In this document: piece by piece, positions 49,086 through 56,357 of the stretch
How the letters are laid out: each line of letters begins with the position of its first letter
Numbering within the stretch: the first letter of the stretch is position 1
Origin: Anaerolineae bacterium
Lineage (GTDB): Bacteria > Chloroflexota > Anaerolineae > Anaerolineales > UBA4823
Assembly: GCA_003327455.1 (NCBI GenBank)
Contig: QOQU01000004.1
Location: 390,042 to 454,041 of the forward strand
Reading direction: 5' to 3'
DNA: 64,000 nt
Position numbers and translations under genes: made by a program
The notes under the pieces: generated by a model
The model's input: the letters and a program-made list of their open reading frames with translations, nothing else
The model's database searches: none
What the model was told of the DNA's origin: nothing

Positions 49086-50009
49086 TTATCCTTCCTGAAG
49101 CTTATGGAGATAATCTTGGTAACGCTGACGCTCACTCTCATCTCGAAAACGGATGTAATGAAGTTTTGGAGCCCTTTCTTCAAGTAGAGGAATACCTTGA
49201 CAGGGATTTGTCCGAGCAATGACGAATAGCGGACGTCCATCCGGCGTTTCCTCGGCTGGGGCAGCCAGAGCTTCGACGTCATGGCCTTCTACTTCGTATA
49301 CCCGAGCTCCAAAAGCCTTTAATCTTTCTTGTAATGGCTCAACATTCATGACCTTTTGGATCTCCCCATCTGCAGATTGGCCATTTGCATCAATATACAC
49401 TCCTACTGTATCCAACTTATAGAAAGATAAGGTTTCAACAGCTTCCCATGTTTGTCCAATCTGAAATTCTCCATCGGACATAAAAACCCAATTTCTCCCG
49501 GTGTGACCTTTAAGCCGCCTGGCGAGTGCAATACCAACAACCTGACTGAGTGCCTGCCCTAAGGAACCAGCCATGATCTCGTGACCGGGAGAATGTTCAG
49601 CACCGATCATTTCCACTGTACTGCCATCTTTGTTGAACATATCCAAACCTTCTGGAGCCATCCGGCCAAGTTCTACTAAAAGAGCATAGAGAGCCAGAGC
49701 ACAATGAACAGGTGAAATAAAGAACCGATCAAACTCCGGGAGCTTTGGACCGTTATAGGCAGCGCCAGTGAAATAGTTGCGGTTCGTCCTACCAGGAGTA
49801 CCGGGAAATGGCGGGGGAATTAAAGGCGCTTCGCTTCGCCCTAGCTTCATAATCTTTACATATAAAGTGGCTAAGATCTCTGCCGAAGAGCAAGCTTGAC
49901 TGAGGTAACCACCATTATTTCGGATTGTAAAATCCAGGACCCTTTTTCGAATTCCATGTGCTACTCGTTGTGCCTGTTCCTGCCAACTCTCAGTGTTGAT
50001 ATTTGTCAT
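49086..50009 (-). CDS. Transketolase, N-terminal (TPP-binding) subunit
   Basis: 307 aa: GGYLSQACSSAEIL, HSPGHEIMAGSLGQALS, and the TPP motif FMSDGEFQIGQTWEA...IDANGQS. Confidence 0.9.
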   Translation of the reverse strand: MTNINTESWQEQAQRVAHGIRKRVLDFTIRNNGGYLSQACSSAEILATLYVKIMKLGRSEAPLIPPPFPGTPGRTNRNYFTGAAYNGPKLPEFDRFFISPVHCALALYALLVELGRMAPEGLDMFNKDGSTVEMIGAEHSPGHEIMAGSLGQALSQVVGIALARRLKGHTGRNWVFMSDGEFQIGQTWEAVETLSFYKLDTVGVYIDANGQSADGEIQKVMNVEPLQERLKAFGARVYEVEGHDVEALAAPAEETPDGRPLFVIARTNPCQGIPLLEERAPKLHYIRFRDESERQRYQDYLHKLQEG

Positions 50010-51073
50010 TAGATTGCTCCTGATAGTGTTTTTTTCATCAAATGAGCCAGGCTTTCCTCATATGGAGGATACGCAACCCCCACTTCCGTTATGATCGCCG
50101 TAATGTATCTGGCAGGGGTGACATCGAAGGCATAGTTCAGCACAGGAGAGCCATCAGGGACGATCTGTTCGTCCCCAACATGGGTGATCTCATCAGGGGA
50201 ACGCTCCTCTATCGGAATGGCTTCGCCGTCAGGAATACTCAGATCAATTGTGCTGGTCGGTGCGGCAACATAAAAGGGAACGCCGTGTTCTTTGGCAACA
50301 ATGGCGAGATTATAGGTCCCAATTTTGTTGGCAGTGTCGCCGTTGGCAGCGATTCGGTCGGCGCCAACCACACACAAATCAATCCCTACTTTCTTCATCA
50401 CATAGCCAGATGCGCCATCTACAATAACCGTATGCGGAATACCCAATTGGTTTAACTCCCACGCAGAAAGTCTGGCCCCCTGTAATCTGGGTCGGGTTTC
50501 GTCTAGATAGGCATGAACTCGTTTGCCTTTTTCGTGCGCAATGCGGATAATCCCCAACGCAGTACCGTAATCAACGGTAGCCAGACTGCCGGTATTGCAG
50601 TGATGCAGAATTTTCGCCCCATCGGGGATTAAGGGATCTGCATTGTATCCAATTTGCTTGTTGGCGCGAATATCCTCTTCGGCGATCTCATGTGCCTCAG
50701 ATAGAACAATTTTACGGAGGGCCGGAATATCCTGGGGATTTTCCCGGTTGACCTTTTTTAAGACCCGTTCGATTGCCCAGGCCAGATTCACAGCGGTGGG
50801 ACGTGATTGACGGAGGACTTCGGCGGCTTTCGTCAGGTCTTCCTTGAGTGCCTCTACTCTCGAAGCCGAAGATTGGTTGCAAGCCAGCGCTAAACCATAA
50901 GCTGCAGCAGCGCCGATCGCTGGCGCGCCGCGAACGATCATGCTTTTGATGGCTTCGGCGACTTGATGGTAATCAGTTAGCTCCAGGTATGCAACTTCCT
51001 TCGGTAACTTTCTTTGGTCAATCAGCCAGAGTGCGTCATTCTTCCATTCAATGCTTCTAAAGGTAGTTGTCAT
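50009..51073 (-). CDS. mtnA: S-methyl-5-thioribose-1-phosphate isomerase family (eIF-2B alpha/beta/delta-like)
   Basis: 354 aa: VRGAPAIGAAAAYG, HCNTGSLATVDYGTALG, and VGADRIAANGDTANKIGTY, the family signature. Confidence 0.9.
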   Translation of the reverse strand: MTTTFRSIEWKNDALWLIDQRKLPKEVAYLELTDYHQVAEAIKSMIVRGAPAIGAAAAYGLALACNQSSASRVEALKEDLTKAAEVLRQSRPTAVNLAWAIERVLKKVNRENPQDIPALRKIVLSEAHEIAEEDIRANKQIGYNADPLIPDGAKILHHCNTGSLATVDYGTALGIIRIAHEKGKRVHAYLDETRPRLQGARLSAWELNQLGIPHTVIVDGASGYVMKKVGIDLCVVGADRIAANGDTANKIGTYNLAIVAKEHGVPFYVAAPTSTIDLSIPDGEAIPIEERSPDEITHVGDEQIVPDGSPVLNYAFDVTPARYITAIITEVGVAYPPYEESLAHLMKKTLSGAI

Positions 51074-51111
51074 GGGAAACCTCCAAATAAAGCAATTGAC
51101 AAGGGCTGTAG

Positions 51112-52341
51112 TTATATAAATGGATAACTGGACTTTGATTCCAGCATCATCTCAACAGCCTCATCGATCGAGAATACTTTCCGACGATTCTTAAGCCAAT
51201 TCACCGCTATATTGATGCCAATGCTTTCACTGATTGCGCGGATTTCCTCATTATCAATAGTCCAAAAATCGTGAACATGTGCCATGCCGATTAATCTTCG
51301 TAACATTTCGGCAGCTCCAAACCCAAGCGTTTCCTGGAGTAGTTGTTGAATGTATTTCTTGCGGAATGAGGGAGAAGGCCAGTCATCGTTCCCCTCATTC
51401 TCCCATAAGGTTAGAAATTCGTTTTCGAACACACGCCACGTATCTTTGACTAATTGAGCGAGCCAAAGGCGATACTCCTTACGCACCGTTTCATCCCTGG
51501 CATGAAATTCCTGCGAAGCATAAGAGAGGGCAAGATTAGCAATATAAGAACCTATATCATGGGCAATCGGGCCGAAGAATGCAAATTCTGGATCGACTAC
51601 TTTTGTTTCGTGCTCATTGAGCATAATCGAACCCGTGTGGAGATCGTTATGGATTAATGCTTGAGCATGGGTCATATAAAGTTCTTTCAACTCAAAGATT
51701 TCACTGCGTAAATCGTCATCTTGATGAATCTGGCGCACTTGCGGTTCTAATAATTTGCTCCAGCGATTGTTGGGGTGATCCATATATGGTTGAGTGAAGA
51801 CAAGGTCTTCTTGAACCTTACACAGGACAGGATTGATAAACTTTGGAACCATCGCCTTTTTTTCGCCAGAACTCAAATACAAATCGCTGGTATAGAATAA
51901 TGTTCGAGCCATAAACGTCCCGATATGGTTGGCTACCAGCGGATAACGAATTTGCTTCATCAAACCTTCGCGCATAACTAAATGCTGGTTCAAATCTTCG
52001 ATGATTAAGATGTGTTTTTCTTCGTCAAAGTGGTAGATTTCCGGCACTTGTTGAGGACAGTAACGGCCTTCGATCGTCAGGACCTCATACTCAATCCGAG
52101 AACGATCGAGGGGCATTTTAAAATCAGGATAACGCCATGCATAAGGTAAAGCCTGCTTAACAATCACCGATTTATGGATGGGATCATGCTCAGAACTTAC
52201 TCGAAAAAGAAGATTAACATTTCCCTCGGCAATCTGCTGACTTTTCAAGTCGTCGTTCCCATCAAAAATATGGCTAAAGACCGAGGTTTGCTTGATATAG
52301 TCAATAACAGTTTGTTCGTTTAGAGCTTGTGAATCAGTCAT
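51112..52341 (-). CDS. mtnK: 5-methylthioribose kinase family
   Basis: 409 aa: EGNVNLLFRV, VKQALPYAWRYPDFKMPLDRSRIE and the catalytic loop LIHNDLHTGSIM, the MtnK/APH-fold pattern. Confidence 0.88.
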   Translation of the reverse strand: MTDSQALNEQTVIDYIKQTSVFSHIFDGNDDLKSQQIAEGNVNLLFRVSSEHDPIHKSVIVKQALPYAWRYPDFKMPLDRSRIEYEVLTIEGRYCPQQVPEIYHFDEEKHILIIEDLNQHLVMREGLMKQIRYPLVANHIGTFMARTLFYTSDLYLSSGEKKAMVPKFINPVLCKVQEDLVFTQPYMDHPNNRWSKLLEPQVRQIHQDDDLRSEIFELKELYMTHAQALIHNDLHTGSIMLNEHETKVVDPEFAFFGPIAHDIGSYIANLALSYASQEFHARDETVRKEYRLWLAQLVKDTWRVFENEFLTLWENEGNDDWPSPSFRKKYIQQLLQETLGFGAAEMLRRLIGMAHVHDFWTIDNEEIRAISESIGINIAVNWLKNRRKVFSIDEAVEMMLESKSSYPFI

Positions 52342-52370
52342 GGCTAACCATCCTTTTGCTATAAAGTGAT

Positions 52371-53447
52371 TTATCGCCGAGTTGTGTAATAACTTAGTCC
52401 GAGTGAGACAATCAAGACCAGACCTTTAATCACGTCTTGAATGTACCAGGGGATATTCATCATTGTTAATCCGTTCAGCATCACACCCACAAAAATAGCT
52501 CCAAGCACCGTACCAAATACATTCGGGCGACGAGCGTTCAACACAGCAAACCCAAAGTAAGTGGCTGCTACACCATCTAATAGATAAGGGTCACCTGCCT
52601 TAACGGCCCCAGAGCCGATCCTGGCGGCCAGAACTAATCCACCAATCGTAGCCAGAACCGCACTGATAATATAGGCAATCGTTCGGATCAGATTCACATT
52701 GATACCAGCCAGTCTTGCCGCTTCATAATTGCCACCGACAGCATAAAAAATTCTTCCATATCGTGTCAGTTCTAAGAAGATGAATGCCAAGATGGCAACG
52801 ACCAACATGATAATCACCGGGACTGGAATACCGCGGAAATTTTCGGAACTGAAAACAAAACCTTGCCCAAACTTCAAGAAGATCGGTGAAATTACACCAT
52901 CCGCAATTGCTCGTTCCTGGCTCCAGGGATTCGTCATGCCCTTATAGACCGCATCGCCTTTCGTAATGCTCATTTGCAGCCCTTGAACGAGATAGAGCAT
53001 TCCCAAAGTCGCTAACAGATCGGGGATACGGAATTTGACAATTAGAACTGAGTTCAAATAACCAATTACAGCCCCTGCCGAAAGACTGATGAGAACAGCA
53101 AAATACCAGGGGATTTTCCAGATGACCATCAAGGCAGGCGCAAGGATTACAGCTAACCCGGTGACGGCTCCAACGGATACATCGAAACCGTTGACGACAA
53201 CAGAAAAGGTAACACCTAAGGCAACAATCGTCAGAATCGAAACTGCCCGTAGAATGTCAAGTAAGTTATCAATGGATGCAAAGGCTGTAGTTTTGACCGA
53301 AAAGAAGAGTGAAACGATGATCAGGGTAAGAATTAATCCATATCTTAAAAATAAATCTGAGAAAGAGATTAAGTAGCGAGCGTTTGAATCCGACTGTTTG
53401 AATTCTACTTTTGAGTCCTTCTCTACAACTGAATTGGGGGATGACAT
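52371..53447 (-). CDS. CUT2-family sugar ABC permease (RbsC-like)
   Basis: 358 aa with about 10 TM helices and AVGGNYEAARLAGINV, the conserved CUT2 permease loop. Confidence 0.88.
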   Translation of the reverse strand: MSSPNSVVEKDSKVEFKQSDSNARYLISFSDLFLRYGLILTLIIVSLFFSVKTTAFASIDNLLDILRAVSILTIVALGVTFSVVVNGFDVSVGAVTGLAVILAPALMVIWKIPWYFAVLISLSAGAVIGYLNSVLIVKFRIPDLLATLGMLYLVQGLQMSITKGDAVYKGMTNPWSQERAIADGVISPIFLKFGQGFVFSSENFRGIPVPVIIMLVVAILAFIFLELTRYGRIFYAVGGNYEAARLAGINVNLIRTIAYIISAVLATIGGLVLAARIGSGAVKAGDPYLLDGVAATYFGFAVLNARRPNVFGTVLGAIFVGVMLNGLTMMNIPWYIQDVIKGLVLIVSLGLSYYTTRR

Positions 53448-53450
53448 AAA

Positions 53451-54983
53451 CTACACTCCTGATTGTTGGTGATTCAAATTTGCGACTGGGTTAGCTGCGC
53501 CTGTAGTAATTTCCATAACCGTTTGGCGGTTGACTTGATCTGCATTGAATTCAGCCACAATATACCCATCCCTCATTACCAAGACGCGGTCCGCTAAACC
53601 GAGCACCTCATCCACATCGGAGGATGCGAAAATCACGCCGGCTGTTTGAGAAAGATTTCGAGCCATGGCATATATATCTCGTTTTGCTCCGATATCGATT
53701 CCTTGGGTCGCTTCATCAAAGATAATGACTTTCGGTTGTTTTCCCAGCCATTTTCCAACGACGACTTTCTGCTGGTTTCCCCCACTCAGATTTCTGACAG
53801 GCATATTTGGTTTACGAGGAACCAAATTTACTTTATCAATCAACTCCATGACATATTTTTTTTCTTTGCTGAGGGATACAAAACTCAAAGTACTCATAAG
53901 ATTGAGAAACGGTAAAGATATGTTCTTAAGCACGGTATCCTCGATGAAAAGACCGTGGTTCCGGCGATCTTCAGGGATCAGGTAGATGCCTTGCTCGATA
54001 GCGTCCTTGGGTTGATGAAAGATTACTTTTTTGCCGTCGAGGAAGATTTCCCCCGAATCGGGCTTTATCGAACCAAATAAAATGTGTAATAAGTCCGTTT
54101 TGCCTGCCCCCGTTTGACCGGTAATCCCTAAAATTTCCCCTTGATATAATTTGAAAGAAATATCCCATAAACGTCCTTTTTTTGATAATTTGACGACCTC
54201 CATCACGGTTTGATTTGGTAACCCTCCTGGTTTTTCGGGAAAGATTTCTTTTGGTGGAACGCCCAGCATGGCTTCAACTGCTTTACTGAGGTCGAATTCT
54301 CGACGAGTATAATAGGCAACTTTTTCTCCGTTGCGAAGTATCGTGACTTCATCAGCAAGCTCCTGGATTTCTCCCAAACGATGGGAAACGTAGAGAAAAC
54401 TTACCCCTTGTTCTTTCAAGCTTTTGATGATCCTGAATAATTGCTCAGCCTCGATTTGGCTCAGGGATGAGGTTGGTTCGTCTAGAATGACAAAAGATGC
54501 GCTGCGTGTTATGGCTCTGGCGATAACGAGTAATTGTTTTTGGGGGAGGGTTAGATCGGCTACAGGCTTAGACACATTAACATTGAGATTCACCTTCTGA
54601 ATCACCTCTTCTGCTTCTTTGAAAAGCGATTTCTTCTGTACGAATAAACCCATATTCGATGAAGCAATTTTTTCAATGAGGAGATTCTCAGCGACAGTGA
54701 GATATGGGATCAGGGTTGTGTCGACTTCCTGGTGAACCACTTCGATCCCGTAACGAAAAGCATCAGAAGGTTTACGAATGGAGATAACCCGTCCATCTAT
54801 TTCAATCCGACCTTCATAATCTGGATAATAGCCGGTCAGGATTTTAATCAAGGTGCTTTTACCTGCGCCATTTGCCCCAATCAGACCATGAATCTTGCCA
54901 CTCGACAAAGTCAAGTCTACGTTATTAAGGGCAAGAACGCCAGGAAATGTTTTTCGCAATCCAGTTGCAACTAAAGTTACCAT
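53451..54983 (-). CDS. CUT2-family sugar ABC ATPase with duplicated ABC domains (RbsA/MglA-like)
   Basis: 510 aa with Walker A GANGAGKST and GQTGAGKTD, and an LSGGNQQKVVVGKWL signature. Confidence 0.92.
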   Translation of the reverse strand: MVTLVATGLRKTFPGVLALNNVDLTLSSGKIHGLIGANGAGKSTLIKILTGYYPDYEGRIEIDGRVISIRKPSDAFRYGIEVVHQEVDTTLIPYLTVAENLLIEKIASSNMGLFVQKKSLFKEAEEVIQKVNLNVNVSKPVADLTLPQKQLLVIARAITRSASFVILDEPTSSLSQIEAEQLFRIIKSLKEQGVSFLYVSHRLGEIQELADEVTILRNGEKVAYYTRREFDLSKAVEAMLGVPPKEIFPEKPGGLPNQTVMEVVKLSKKGRLWDISFKLYQGEILGITGQTGAGKTDLLHILFGSIKPDSGEIFLDGKKVIFHQPKDAIEQGIYLIPEDRRNHGLFIEDTVLKNISLPFLNLMSTLSFVSLSKEKKYVMELIDKVNLVPRKPNMPVRNLSGGNQQKVVVGKWLGKQPKVIIFDEATQGIDIGAKRDIYAMARNLSQTAGVIFASSDVDEVLGLADRVLVMRDGYIVAEFNADQVNRQTVMEITTGAANPVANLNHQQSGV

Positions 54984-55057
54984 TCTCTCTCCACCATACA
55001 GAAGTCATCAACGAAGGGGTGTGGAGAGAGACACTCCACACCCCTTGTCTGAAACGA

Positions 55058-55369
55058 TTATTGTTGGACTAAGGTACACATCCAGGGGAACCAATTGAGG
55101 GAGGACTCGCCGAGAGCCGGCAGGGCTTTGATCAACTCGTCCATGTTGGTGATGTTGTTCTCAAGGAGGAACTGACGGGTGATCAACTCCGGGCGGACGA
55201 GCAGGTATTTATCCACTTTTTCGCCCGCAACAAGGGCAGCCGCGGTGCGAACAGCCAGACGACCAACGCTATAGGAGTCGGTCGCAACAGTAGCTTCCCA
55301 AGGACTGTCAGGCTGAATCATCAACTGGATATCTTCATTGGTAATGTCAACAGAATAAACCTTCAGTAT
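55058..55369 (-). pseudogene. C-terminal about 100-codon remnant of a CUT2 periplasmic sugar-binding protein (5' end missing)
   Basis: The open frame reads ILKVYSVDITNEDIQLMIQPDSPWEATVATDSYSVGRLAVRTAAALVAGEKV..., an RbsB-like C-terminal lobe. An in-frame TAA at 55370-55372 bounds it upstream. No signal peptide or N-lobe exists upstream, and the sequence changes to AT-rich island DNA. Confidence 0.7.
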
Positions 55370-55436
55370 TTAGGAATCGCTTAAATTTAGATTCGCTACC
55401 GTTCATTCTAATTATTATAATCAAATGAATGCTCGT

Positions 55437-55475
55437 GTAAAAATTAACACTGGGAATTTATAACATCCCAGTGTT
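55437..55475 (-). terminator. Rho-independent terminator ending the island operon
   Basis: Minus strand: AACACTGGGA-10 nt loop (contains the TAA stop)-TCCCAGTGTT (55446-55475), followed by AATTTTTTA. Confidence 0.8.
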
Positions 55476-56357
55476 TTTAAGCTCATCTTCAGACAGTTCC
55501 AGTTTACACACAAAACACCTGCCTACAGTTAAAAATTGCCCGCTCAGGTCGTCTTCCGATTCTGTATAAAGCTTAAGAACGCAAAAAGAAGCATTACCAC
55601 AGGCAGGACATTCCATACTGTCACGTACAATCTCCCTTTCATCATAGGAAGAACGGATGTTTATTTTTTTTCTTTCCTCAATTAATTCAGGATTTAGTTC
55701 GCTATATTCTTCCTTCTTTTCCCTTATTTTTTGGCTTAGGGTATCAGATTGCTGTCTTGTGAGTTCTTCTTCCTTTGCCTTAAGTTTCTCAAAAACAGTC
55801 TCATTAAAAATGTCTTCATATTTGTACGCATCAGATACTTCCTGAATCATTTCCCGAATAAAGGGTAATATTTCATTAAGAATAAACAAACCCTCATCTA
55901 CAGGGTTAAAATAATACTCGAAATAGTGGACAATATTGTTACGCATGTTGCCTAATCGAACTAGGGCCGCTTTTCTTCTGTCCCGCTCTTCGCGAATTCT
56001 TTTCAATTCGTGCTTATCCGTAACAGCCTCGTCCTCTTCAATGTTTAGATTAAACATCGCTTCGTATCGTGAAATAACTTCATTGTACGGAATGGTAAGA
56101 AAGGTCTCGCGCCTTTCTTTACGGGTCATAAGGTTTTGTCTCGACTGGATATTTTTAACTTTATCCTGAAGCTTCTTAAACCTGACCAGATGTTCTACAC
56201 TGTTATTTTTATCCAGCACCAGCACATCGTCAAGCTCACATAAACGCTGTTTCATAAGCCGCTCAACGGCCACAGCAAATAGTACAACCGACAGCTCAAA
56301 ATGCTCGCTGTCAATAAAATATCTCAGCGCTTCGGACAGGATAACCGAGGTGTGCAT
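55458..56357 (-). CDS. HEPN-like (Rx4H) protein with a coiled-coil and a C-terminal zinc ribbon
   Basis: 299 aa. R139-N-N-I-V-H144 (nt 55926-55943, CGTAACAATATTGTCCAC) sits in the context LVRLGNMRNNIVHYFEY. A K/E-rich helix spans residues 190-235. CPACG...CFVC lies at residues 250-284. Its ATG shares one nt with the hsdMS stop (TAATG at 56355-56359). Confidence 0.6.
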   Translation of the reverse strand: MHTSVILSEALRYFIDSEHFELSVVLFAVAVERLMKQRLCELDDVLVLDKNNSVEHLVRFKKLQDKVKNIQSRQNLMTRKERRETFLTIPYNEVISRYEAMFNLNIEEDEAVTDKHELKRIREERDRRKAALVRLGNMRNNIVHYFEYYFNPVDEGLFILNEILPFIREMIQEVSDAYKYEDIFNETVFEKLKAKEEELTRQQSDTLSQKIREKKEEYSELNPELIEERKKINIRSSYDEREIVRDSMECPACGNASFCVLKLYTESEDDLSGQFLTVGRCFVCKLELSEDELKNTGML

